Under the pieces are notes generated by a model. That model saw only the letters and a list, made by a program, of their open reading frames with translations. It made no database searches and was not told the origin of the DNA. The position numbers were made by a program, and so were the translations under genes. Positions 31,224-39,327 of a DNA stretch of 41,689 nt are shown in pieces (the stretch's first letter is position 1; each line of letters begins with the position of its first letter). The stretch is from Candidatus Norongarragalinales archaeon (lineage in GTDB: Archaea; Micrarchaeota; Micrarchaeia; Norongarragalinales; SBBD01): positions 1-41,689 of the forward strand of contig DATDZF010000027.1 of the NCBI GenBank assembly GCA_035288785.1. The letters run 5' to 3'.

Positions 31224-32279
31224 TTAGACCGCGCTGTATGGATCAAAATCGCTGCTGGGTTTTGGCCTTGGGGAAGAGGTTTGGGAATAGTCCGCAAGGG
31301 GCTCTGGCTCATCGTTGGTGAACCTGAAATTGAATACTCCCTCAGAATGGGTTTTCCAGCTCTCGAGGTTTGGCGCTGCGCCATCGCTCCTCATGGAGAA
31401 TTCGGGCTTGCCGAAAGTCGTGTTTGCAACCGCATGCAATTGCACTGGCGGCTGCATGCTAAGGCTTCGCACAACCAGCCAGTAAATGCCGGGTTGGAGG
31501 GTAGTTTTGCGGTTCGCAGAGAATTTGACCCAGCCCCATTCGGGCGGAAGGGTAGAGTATCCTGTGGTAAGGCTCAGGGTATTCGAGCCCGAGGGCTTGC
31601 CTGCCGCATCCGGCCGAATTTCCGCATAAACATCAAAAATTTCATAGCCAGTTGCCGACTTCCTTAGGTAAAGTTGGATTTCCTTTATATCGCGGCTCTC
31701 CTTTAGCTCAAATGCCTGGCTTCGCAATGCAACCGAATTGATATCAAATTTCAAGTTGCCCGAAACGTCGGAAAAACCGTACGGATCGGCAGTGATGGAG
31801 AAGAGATGGTCGTTGTTTGCGGCATCCGCCTCTTCGGCGCCAGTGCCTAAGATTCGAAGCAGCAGGTTGTACTTGCGGGTTGTTTCGGGCTTGAATTTGA
31901 GCTTAACTGGGTTCTTATCCAAAAGCGCGGCGATGGCAACACTAGCCAGCTTGCGCTTCCCGTCATATAGCTCCACCATGGCAGAGCTCGGAACGGTTTG
32001 GCACGTCCCTTTGTCAAAAAGCACCTCCGCGCTAATGTCATTGGAAGAGCCGTAAACGACCAGTTCCGGGATAGTGACATCGCCGAACTTGAGGTCGGCT
32101 TTTGCGCATTCCCCGGCAGGACCCGTTGGCCCGGCGGGGGTGGATGTGGCCTGCACCACCGTTGAAGGAGTGGCCGTTGTTCCCGAAATAGGCGTCCCTG
32201 TGACTGCCGGAGGCTGTGGCTGGGTGCAGCCAAAGAAAAGCAATAGTGCAAACAAGCCCACAAAGATAAGTACTTTCAT
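31224..32279 (-). CDS. secreted lipoprotein-like protein with CARDB-like domain
   Basis: MKVLIFVGLFALLLFFGC lipobox-like signal, T/P-rich linker and CARDB-like segment ending AANNDH. TGAGGTGG SD 7 nt before the ATG at 32279 (the TTG at 32294 is rejected). Confidence 0.6.
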   Translation of the reverse strand: MKVLIFVGLFALLLFFGCTQPQPPAVTGTPISGTTATPSTVVQATSTPAGPTGPAGECAKADLKFGDVTIPELVVYGSSNDISAEVLFDKGTCQTVPSSAMVELYDGKRKLASVAIAALLDKNPVKLKFKPETTRKYNLLLRILGTGAEEADAANNDHLFSITADPYGFSDVSGNLKFDINSVALRSQAFELKESRDIKEIQLYLRKSATGYEIFDVYAEIRPDAAGKPSGSNTLSLTTGYSTLPPEWGWVKFSANRKTTLQPGIYWLVVRSLSMQPPVQLHAVANTTFGKPEFSMRSDGAAPNLESWKTHSEGVFNFRFTNDEPEPLADYSQTSSPRPKPSSDFDPYSAV

Positions 32280-32323
32280 CCAAGCCCACCTCAATTATTG
32301 ATATGATGGGAAAGAGGGGGAGA

Positions 32324-32331
32324 AATTTAAA
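32324..32331 (-). promoter_or_regulatory. candidate TATA box (TTTAAATT on minus strand) for the lipoprotein gene
   Basis: About 45-50 nt upstream of the ATG at 32279. Confidence 0.4.
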
Positions 32332-32510
32332 GGTAACTAATCGGCGCCTGCTTAAAGATCAGGTTGAGGAAAGGGGATTGCTGGGAATGAGTATAGAGCT
32401 ACGGGATTCGCTTGTTGGAAGGGATTGGCTTTTTGGCATATAGGGCAATGGCGTTCCTTTGCGGCTTTGCCATCGGCTTTAGGACATGCACGGCTAGGGC
32501 AATTGAATTT

Positions 32511-32556
32511 GAAAAAAGAATGAGAAAAAGAAAAAGAAAAAAAAGAAAAAAAGGGG
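32511..32556 (-). terminator. 46-nt polypyrimidine/oligo-T tract immediately 3' of the S-layer stop codon
   Basis: The plus strand reads GAAAAAAGAATGAGAAAAAGAAAAAGAAAAAAAAGAAAAAAAGGGG, so the minus-strand RNA carries several U5-U8 runs. Archaeal termination uses oligo-T. Confidence 0.6.
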
Positions 32557-32558
32557 AT

Positions 32559-35027
32559 TTAGCCCCTTACGGTGTCCCTGTTCTCGTTGAGCCAGTTGAT
32601 CAACGCATTGCCGGCTTCCTTGGTGTCCGCTGCAGAATAGCCTGCAACGACCAGCTTGGTTGAGCCAAACACCTGCACGATCGGTTGGTCACCGGACTTC
32701 AGGTCAACTCCCGCCGCTTTTGCGACAGTGTTCACGATCTGTCCACCAACGACAACCAGGTTTGCAGTGTCGGACGCTTCAGAGTCCAGCACCACTAGCG
32801 GGTTAGACGCAGTGTTCAGTTCGGTCACAACAGCCGCATCCTTCACTGAAGGCTCCAGGAGGTCAATGCCGGTTACGTCGCCAGCAGAGCCGCCGGTCAC
32901 CTGCGCAGTGATGGAGTCCACCATCAAGGAGTAGCCGCCGCCTATTGTGTAGGGGTCGCCCTCCTTCAGGTTGACTTTTGCATCAGAGCCAGTCCCGCTT
33001 GATCCGGATGCGCCGGATGTCAGCGTGAATCTTGCCTGAGCAACCTTCTTCGCGTAGCTGATGGTCGCCGATGACGAGCCAATGCCGGTGAAGATGTTGC
33101 CTCTGCGCGTGGTGTACTTGGGTTCCTTCGATGCGATGTTTGCCACCGTAGTGCCGTTATACCCTGCGGGATTGCTGTTGTCATAGCCGATCTTGTCAAC
33201 TGTAGTTGAGCCGATCGTGTTGACGAACTGGTCGAGGGTCACATCGTATAGGAGGTTCAGGTGGAAGTTGGTTGCAATTGCTGCCGAAGAGCCGTTGTTG
33301 GTCTCCGTCAACTCTGGGATTGCCACTAGAACGTTGGTTATGCCTCCTGAGTGGTTGTACGAGGTGTTGACAGACAGCACCGCATTCTCCTCCGAAGAGT
33401 AGTAATACGTGAGCTGCCCTGCGGTTGTGCTTGCATTGGAGTACGCGCCTGCGGCGGTTATGTAGAATACTTCGCCTGCCGGATGCGTTGTGTTGCCCGT
33501 TGCTTGCTCAAGCAATATGTATGCGTCGTTGACGGACCTGCTTCCGAACTGGAAGGCATTGCTCTTTCCGGAAACTATGCTGAGCACGTTTGAGGAAATC
33601 GCTGCGCCGTCATCGAGCGTCATTGCATATGACTTCAGGATGGAGAACGTCAGGGTGTCGTAGTCTACAGTTTCCAATCCGAGGAAGTTGAGCTTGTATC
33701 CTGGCATTCCCTTGATTACCTCAATGGATTCGCCCGGGTTCAACGTCTGGGAGATTGGGGTCTTGTAGGTCTGGTCGAGGTTGTTGTAGAGCTGGATTTT
33801 CGAGATTGCATCGGTAGAGCCAACGACCGCACTTATGATGTTGGAATACCAATTCTTGTGGGAGTCGCCGCCCGAAACTTCTGCACCGTTTGTCAGCACT
33901 AGCTGGCTCGAGTACAGCGAGACGTCGGCAATTCCTTGCTTTGCGAATGCGCCGGGGAAGACCTTGTTGACCTTCACCACGATGTTGTTCGCTTCTGCGA
34001 TGGTTGCGCTGTCGCTTTCTCCGAGGTATACCCTCTTGATGAGCACTCCATCCTTGTCGGAAACGTCGAACTGCGCCCTCTGTGGGGAGAACGCTGACAA
34101 GTCCTTCAGGGTGATGGTAAAGCCATCCTGGGTTGTAACGGATTCGTCGATGTTGAATGACTCCTTCCTGGTGATTTGCTTACCAAGCGTCACGGACGTG
34201 ATGGATCCGAACGTCGGGTTTGTATAGTCGAAGATGGTCCAAGTGTCGCCAAGGAACGTGATCTCGACGTTGCCCTTCTTGAGCATGTCGGAATCAGTGG
34301 TGCATGCGCCAGCGGACGTGTTCTTCGAGGTGTCCAAGCAAAGCGGAATTGGATCGGAAAATACGACCTCATAGCCGGTCTTTGCATACTGTGCCTGCAC
34401 AGCCTTTGCGGTTTCGTCATACTTCACGTATGCGAACGCATAGACTTTCTGCTCCTCCTTGGTGTTGGTTGAGCCCTTCGGGTAAGTGATCTTACCATCA
34501 GAGGGCATGCCTGCCGCGGGTGCGACGATGGACGTTAAGTCCTTCGTGATTACCTTGGGGCCGAGGTTGGAACCAAATGAGGTATTTCCGGAACCGAATC
34601 TGGATGTTTGCGCCGTGCTCCTGTTGCTGTCAACGGAGAAGTCGAGGTCGTCCTCGATGTACGCCTTCATCTCGTATGCGGTTGCCGGGTTCACTCCTGG
34701 CGTAGTTACTGTCAAGCCCACTTCCTTGTCCGAAAGTTCCCCTCCGGAGCCGGAAGATCCGAGCTTGTCGGTGTTCAATACTTGCACTGTCTGCGTCTTG
34801 TACGCAAGGTTACCCAGGACTGCCGCGATATTTGCTCCAACCACGACATCTACTGGCTGCGCCTTGCCTCCAATCACAACCTTCACTTGGGGCTCCCCGG
34901 CTGAGAAGAAGGGGAATGTTCCAACGCCGGCTGTGTCGACGCTGACTGCAGCGCCCACAAACGCCGCGCCCATCATGGCTGCGCCGGTTGCGATTGCCGC
35001 AATTCTCTTCACATTCATACTTTTCAT
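32559..35027 (-). CDS. S-layer protein (Methanococcales-type N- and C-terminal regions)
   Basis: Signal/N-terminus MKSMNVKRIAAIATGAAMMGAAFVGAAVS. T/S/N/G/V-rich with only 2 Cys. C-terminal VVGGQIVNTVAKAAGVDLKSGD..LVVAGYSAADTKEAGNALINWL. AGGTGA SD 5 nt before the ATG, long leader and a strong pyrimidine terminator. Confidence 0.75.
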   Translation of the reverse strand: MKSMNVKRIAAIATGAAMMGAAFVGAAVSVDTAGVGTFPFFSAGEPQVKVVIGGKAQPVDVVVGANIAAVLGNLAYKTQTVQVLNTDKLGSSGSGGELSDKEVGLTVTTPGVNPATAYEMKAYIEDDLDFSVDSNRSTAQTSRFGSGNTSFGSNLGPKVITKDLTSIVAPAAGMPSDGKITYPKGSTNTKEEQKVYAFAYVKYDETAKAVQAQYAKTGYEVVFSDPIPLCLDTSKNTSAGACTTDSDMLKKGNVEITFLGDTWTIFDYTNPTFGSITSVTLGKQITRKESFNIDESVTTQDGFTITLKDLSAFSPQRAQFDVSDKDGVLIKRVYLGESDSATIAEANNIVVKVNKVFPGAFAKQGIADVSLYSSQLVLTNGAEVSGGDSHKNWYSNIISAVVGSTDAISKIQLYNNLDQTYKTPISQTLNPGESIEVIKGMPGYKLNFLGLETVDYDTLTFSILKSYAMTLDDGAAISSNVLSIVSGKSNAFQFGSRSVNDAYILLEQATGNTTHPAGEVFYITAAGAYSNASTTAGQLTYYYSSEENAVLSVNTSYNHSGGITNVLVAIPELTETNNGSSAAIATNFHLNLLYDVTLDQFVNTIGSTTVDKIGYDNSNPAGYNGTTVANIASKEPKYTTRRGNIFTGIGSSSATISYAKKVAQARFTLTSGASGSSGTGSDAKVNLKEGDPYTIGGGYSLMVDSITAQVTGGSAGDVTGIDLLEPSVKDAAVVTELNTASNPLVVLDSEASDTANLVVVGGQIVNTVAKAAGVDLKSGDQPIVQVFGSTKLVVAGYSAADTKEAGNALINWLNENRDTVRG

Positions 35028-35051
35028 TTATTTCACCTATTTTTTGAACGG

Positions 35052-35070
35052 GCGCTTGAAAATCAAGCGC
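35052..35070 (-). promoter_or_regulatory. perfect 8-bp hairpin in the S-layer 5' leader
   Basis: GCGCTTGA-AAA-TCAAGCGC, extendable with a bulge to 35049-35075. Sits 25-45 nt upstream of the start codon, just 5' of the SD. Confidence 0.5.
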
Positions 35071-35301
35071 GCCCGCCTAACTCACTGTATTCATACGCAG
35101 CCGCAGGGGGCGACCGCGCCGTTAGCAAAAAACGTTGCTGCCAAAGGCCTTAAGCCCCTTCTCATAACGCATGAAGACCATCTCGCGGACATAATAATAA
35201 TCGCGCTCAAAGGTCTTTGGGCCGGGGTGCATCTCCAAAAAAAGAAAGATGCAGGCAGCAGATGCTTTCTGCTAAACTTCCTATTGTTCATCTTTAGAGG
35301 G

Positions 35302-35309
35302 TATTTAAA
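35302..35309 (-). promoter_or_regulatory. candidate TATA box (TTTAAATA on minus strand) for the S-layer gene
   Basis: The only consensus TATA I can see upstream of the ATG at 35027. It would give a 5' leader of about 250 nt. Confidence 0.35.
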
Positions 35310-35557
35310 GCTATCTTTCCCCGCCTGACGATTGACGATGTCGTCTTCTCGAAAAGACGTATTTTGGCCATTTTTCAGCTCTTTTTTAAGCCAGTTTTAC
35401 GAGCTAAAATCCGTTTTAGCTTTCAATTTAGACAGTTAACGAATCTTGTGGTTGAAAAGACTCAAAAACACTATAGGTTTGGTTAGGGAAAAAGACTTTA
35501 AAATCCTGCTATTTTTGGCCGTTTTTAACTATCTGCAACACGTGATGCAAAAAATAA

Positions 35558-35818
35558 TTAAGGTTTGCCGGATTTCGTTTTTTCAAACACCTTCATCATA
35601 ATTTTAATGTCCCGCAAAAGGGAAGTGGACCTGGCCCTTAGGGGCGAGAAAGCGCTGGCTTCTATTATATATTGGACGTTTGACGATCCTTTTTTATGCA
35701 ACACGTGAAGCACGGCATTTCTTGACTTTTGCGGCAGGATGATTTTGAGGGCATCCTCCGCTTCCTTCCCATCCTTAAAGTTGATGTCAAAGGTCGTTTT
35801 CATAAAATAAGTCGCCAT
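35558..35818 (-). CDS. pcc1: KEOPS subunit Pcc1-like protein
   Basis: About 80 aa. The pattern ...FKDGKEAEDALKIILPQ....YIIEASAFSPLRARSTSLLRDIKIMMKVFE resembles Pcc1/CTAG (a.ai..al.pe...l.i...a.d...lRaslns.lr.i.v). Start at 35818 or 35803. Confidence 0.5.
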   Translation of the reverse strand: MATYFMKTTFDINFKDGKEAEDALKIILPQKSRNAVLHVLHKKGSSNVQYIIEASAFSPLRARSTSLLRDIKIMMKVFEKTKSGKP

Positions 35819-35830
35819 TACCAGCAATAT

Positions 35831-37798
35831 TTAGCCAGGGCTTCCCATCCCCATGAGGCCCTTCCCGGCTGCCCCTTCCGCAGCTTTCTTGCGGATGTCA
35901 ACATCCTCCTTGCACTTCGGGCACGTATACACGAACCCACCCTCCTTGATTTTGATGCTAGGCGAGCAGTTGGCGCACATTCCAGTTCCGCAATACGGGC
36001 AGAAGATGATTTTCGTGTTTTTTGAGCTGCAAGTAGGGCAGCCCATGCCCTTCTCCGCCTGGATTTTGACAAAATCAATGGAGGATTTAGGTATAATCGG
36101 GGCGGACTCGCTTGCAGCAGACCCAAGGGAGGGCGTTGCAGCTGCCAATTGCGTTCCTTGTTGTGATAAGCCAGCAAGTTGGCTCATGACGCTAGAGCCG
36201 CCGCTGCCCGCATCCTCTTTCTTTTCTTGGGGCTTATCGCCGAGGAGGTCCTCGAAGGTGATTTCTGATTTTGGCGCCTGCTTTGAGGAGGAACCCTTTG
36301 GGGGGGTCACTTTCAAGTTTTTGGCAATGCCTTCGGTTTTGGTGCTTTTCAGTTGGGTGTAGACATCACTCACCATCGAATCAAACGACTCGCCCTGCAT
36401 TGCCGCTGCATTGCCAACAACACTTACCCCCTGCGTTTGGCCTGATTCGCCGCTTCTGACCAGGTACCTTCGGTGGACCATCGCGCCTGGAGGAAGCTCG
36501 CTTGCGGTTTTGGTTGCAACACCTCGCTGCTGCGCCTGCACCTTTTCGTAGAGCCGGCGATGGCCATCGCTGGGCGATTCCACGACCTCCTGCACCAAAA
36601 CGTCCTTTGGAAGGATATCCTGCAAAATTGCCTCCGCCTCGGTTTCCGTGGCCTTTTTTATCTGTTCTGCCCTCTGCTTTGGATCGGTTTCGAACTTTTC
36701 CTTTACAAAACCCTTCTGGCTGGCAGCGGCATCCGCTTCCTGGAACCTTGCTGCCGCATAGAGCCGCTCGTGCCCCGAAACATCCAGGGGCTTTCTTTGC
36801 TGGCCGTTTTGGGGAACGGTTGGAATTTCAATGTCATCGCCGCCCTTTCCCGCATCCGGCTTCTTTTCGTCCTTTATGATTTCATCCACCATTGCAAGGT
36901 AGCTTTTCCTAGGCTCTTCGGGCCCCAAATTTCCCTTCTTTTTATCATCCTTGAATGGAATGGAGATATCGGCAGAGGCATTTGCAGTGCTGGATGCAGC
37001 AATCGAAGGCAACGCCCCTTTTGCTTGCGCCTCGTTTTCCTGGGGTGGTTTTTCGAATGCGGGCTTTTCAATTACAATTCCCGAAGGTGGGTTCTCCCTG
37101 GCAACATACGGGGGCGCCATAATTGCCGCTTTCCCTAAAGGCGCACTTGGCGGGGCACTTGCTTGCCCGGCTATGAGCGGGCTTACCGTGACCATGGCCG
37201 CTTTTTGCATGTCCTCCAGCGCCACTTTCTTCTCATTTGCCTTTGGGGAGAACACATGCACGATTTTCGAGAAGAAATTCTCCTTCTTTTGGAGGATCAC
37301 ATGCTCATCCGAAACGACCTTTAGCTCATCTTTCCCAGTGACCCGCTCAGATGCCTTTTTTTCGGCCAATTCCCTTTCCTGCATGTCGCTTGTCTTCTTT
37401 GGAATGATAGTTTCCCTAACTTCCGGCTCCGGCTTGCGCTCAATATGCTCGATCTGGAGGGTGATTGTGGGCTGGCTCATGGGCATGCCAACCGTTAGGA
37501 ATTCCGGCCTCGAGAACATGAAATACAGCTTCATGGTGACGAACGAAAGCAAGAAGAGCAGGAATATGATTATCGCATATAGGCCGCTTCCCGTTAGCAC
37601 CTCCAGCTTGCCATCGAACGCATAATCGATGACCAGGGATGCCACGGCAAGAAGGCCACCTGAAATACCCGCAGCGCCAAGCTTGGTTTCCGGGCTAAGC
37701 GTGCGCACCTCCGGGTAAGTTAGCCGCAAAAGCAAATAGCCAAGGGTCACGGACCCCGCAATGTAATAGAGGTAAAATAAGTAGGCGAGGTAATCCAT
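35831..37798 (-). CDS. membrane-anchored protein with long disordered linker and C-terminal double zinc ribbon
   Basis: N-terminal 3-4 TM helices (YLFYLYYIAGSVTLGYLLL, GAAGISGGLLAVASLVIDYAF, LYAIIIFLLFLLSFVTMKLYFMF). C-terminal CPTCSSKNTKIIFCPYCGTGMCANCSPSIKIKEGGFVYTCPKCKEDV has four CxxC pairs. Confidence 0.6.
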   Translation of the reverse strand: MDYLAYLFYLYYIAGSVTLGYLLLRLTYPEVRTLSPETKLGAAGISGGLLAVASLVIDYAFDGKLEVLTGSGLYAIIIFLLFLLSFVTMKLYFMFSRPEFLTVGMPMSQPTITLQIEHIERKPEPEVRETIIPKKTSDMQERELAEKKASERVTGKDELKVVSDEHVILQKKENFFSKIVHVFSPKANEKKVALEDMQKAAMVTVSPLIAGQASAPPSAPLGKAAIMAPPYVARENPPSGIVIEKPAFEKPPQENEAQAKGALPSIAASSTANASADISIPFKDDKKKGNLGPEEPRKSYLAMVDEIIKDEKKPDAGKGGDDIEIPTVPQNGQQRKPLDVSGHERLYAAARFQEADAAASQKGFVKEKFETDPKQRAEQIKKATETEAEAILQDILPKDVLVQEVVESPSDGHRRLYEKVQAQQRGVATKTASELPPGAMVHRRYLVRSGESGQTQGVSVVGNAAAMQGESFDSMVSDVYTQLKSTKTEGIAKNLKVTPPKGSSSKQAPKSEITFEDLLGDKPQEKKEDAGSGGSSVMSQLAGLSQQGTQLAAATPSLGSAASESAPIIPKSSIDFVKIQAEKGMGCPTCSSKNTKIIFCPYCGTGMCANCSPSIKIKEGGFVYTCPKCKEDVDIRKKAAEGAAGKGLMGMGSPG

Positions 37799-37825
37799 AC
37801 AATAAGCGATGGGAAGGAAGTTTAA

Positions 37826-37857
37826 ATAAATTGGGGTACGTCAGATAAATTGGGGTA
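37826..37857. repeat. 13-nt perfect direct repeat ATAAATTGGGGTA x2 (period 19) in a divergent promoter region
   Basis: Copies at 37826-37838 and 37845-37857, separated by CGTCAG. Confidence 0.75.
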
Positions 37858-37948
37858 TTGCCGGACGGCGTGCCTGTTGCTTTAGTGTGGCAGGATTTCC
37901 GGGATCGAATGCCAGGGCTCCGGGTCAAGGAGATTGGCCACTTAAGCG

Positions 37949-37957
37949 TTTTATATA
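37949..37957 (+). promoter_or_regulatory. TATA box (TTTTATATA) for asnS
   Basis: About 48 nt upstream of the ATG at 38001. Confidence 0.5.
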
Positions 37958-38000
37958 GTTAGGGGGGCATATTTTTGGACGTAAAAAAAGGGAAAAAAAC

Positions 38001-39302
38001 ATGAAATCGGAATTCATTGAGATTGAAAAGCTGCTCGACGGCAATATGGAGGGAAAACAGGCGAAAATCCGGGGCTGGGTTTTCCGAAAGCGCACCTCAG
38101 GCGGGATGCTTTTCCTTGTCGTCAGGGATGCAACGGACATCATCCAGGTTGCCGTGAAAAAAGACAAGGTCGATGCAAAGGAGTTCGCCTTGGCGGAAAA
38201 AGCGCTGATTGAAAGCGCGGTTGAGATAAGCGGCGAGGTCAAGAAGGATGCGCGTGCCCCAAACGGCTTTGAAATGCTTGCATTGGAATTCAAGCTCACG
38301 CATTCTGCGCATGCGTTCCCGATCGCCAAGGACAACTCGCCCGAATTCCTTTTGGACATCCGACATTTGTGGGTGAGGAGCCGGGAAATCACCGCAACAA
38401 TGAAGGTGAAGGCGTGCTTATTGGAAGGGGTTAGGGAATACTTCAAGGGGGAGGGATATATCGAAACCACCCCGCCAATCATAGTCAGCGGGGCAGTGGA
38501 GGGCGGATCCACACTCTTCGAGATGAACTACTTTGGGAAAAAAGCGTTCCTCTCCCAATCCGCGCAGCTATATTTGGAGGCGCTGATTTTTTCGCTGGGA
38601 AAGGTGTATTCGATTACCCCCTCTTTCAGGGCCGAGAAGAGCAGGACACTTCGCCATCTTGCCGAATACTGGCATGTCGAGGCGGAGGCCGCGCATGCCG
38701 ACTTGGAGGACATGCTAAAACTTGAGGAGGGGCTGATATCGTCCGTCTGCCAAAAAGCCGCAGGGGAAAGGGCCAAGGAATTGAAATTTTTGGGCAGGGA
38801 CCCTCTTGAACTCAAAAAAATCGAGCCGCCCTTTGAGCGCATCAAATACGACGAGGCAATTGAAATTTTGCAGAAAAAGAAAAGCGAAATAAAATGGGGG
38901 GATGACCTGGGCACCGAGGACGAGCGCGTCCTCACTGCCGACAAAAAGGTTCCGATATTCATCACGCACTACCCAAAAGCGATCAAGGCATTCTACATGA
39001 AGGAGGATCCAGGCAACCCAAGGCTTGTTAGGAACAACGACTGCCTTGCCCCGGAAGGGTATGGGGAGATTATCGGCGGCTCCCAGCGCGAGGAGGACGT
39101 GGACAAGCTTATTGCAAGGCTAAAGGGGGATGGCGCGGACATTACCGCCTACGAATGGTACCTTGATTTGCGCAGGTACGGCAGCGTCCCCCATTCCGGA
39201 TTCGGGCTTGGGATGGAGCGCTTGGTTAGATGGGTGTGCAAATTGGAGCATATCCGTGACACCATCCCATTCCCAAGAGTGATGAACAGGTCGCATCCGT
39301 GA
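38001..39302 (+). CDS. asnS: asparaginyl-tRNA synthetase
   Basis: Class IIb aaRS. OB-fold N-terminus IRGWVFRKRTSGGMLFLVVRD, motif 2 SFRAEKSRTLRHLAEYWHVEAE (AsnRS-type FRAEKS.T.RHL.E.W) and motif 3 GGSQRE...YGSVPHSGFGLGMERLV. About 433 aa. Confidence 0.88.
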   Translation: MKSEFIEIEKLLDGNMEGKQAKIRGWVFRKRTSGGMLFLVVRDATDIIQVAVKKDKVDAKEFALAEKALIESAVEISGEVKKDARAPNGFEMLALEFKLTHSAHAFPIAKDNSPEFLLDIRHLWVRSREITATMKVKACLLEGVREYFKGEGYIETTPPIIVSGAVEGGSTLFEMNYFGKKAFLSQSAQLYLEALIFSLGKVYSITPSFRAEKSRTLRHLAEYWHVEAEAAHADLEDMLKLEEGLISSVCQKAAGERAKELKFLGRDPLELKKIEPPFERIKYDEAIEILQKKKSEIKWGDDLGTEDERVLTADKKVPIFITHYPKAIKAFYMKEDPGNPRLVRNNDCLAPEGYGEIIGGSQREEDVDKLIARLKGDGADITAYEWYLDLRRYGSVPHSGFGLGMERLVRWVCKLEHIRDTIPFPRVMNRSHP

Positions 39303-39327
39303 TTCTGCGTAAGGGAAGTGAGGCCCC

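Noticed and set aside
32412-32663. 83-aa ORF encoding RMRKRKRKKRKKG
   Set aside because: It is a translation artefact of the polypurine terminator tract and overlaps the S-layer gene 3' end.
35091-35291. 66-aa minus-strand ORF inside the S-layer leader (possible uORF)
   Set aside because: Its ATG lies only about 11-18 nt downstream of the sole candidate TATA, so probably upstream of the TSS. It has no SD and an R/C/A-rich product. It is kept only as part of the leader finding.
34486-35328. 280-aa ORF antisense to the S-layer N-terminus and leader
   Set aside because: It is an antisense shadow of a T/S/G/A-rich gene. Its P/S/T/A-rich translation runs across the S-layer promoter region without any SD or TATA of its own.
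36473-37625. Two long plus-strand ORFs (221 and 224 aa) antisense to the 655-aa Zn-ribbon membrane protein gene
   Set aside because: Neither has recognisable motifs or start signals. The minus-strand reading gives coherent TM helices plus a CxxC zinc ribbon, though confidence in the middle of that ORF is only moderate.
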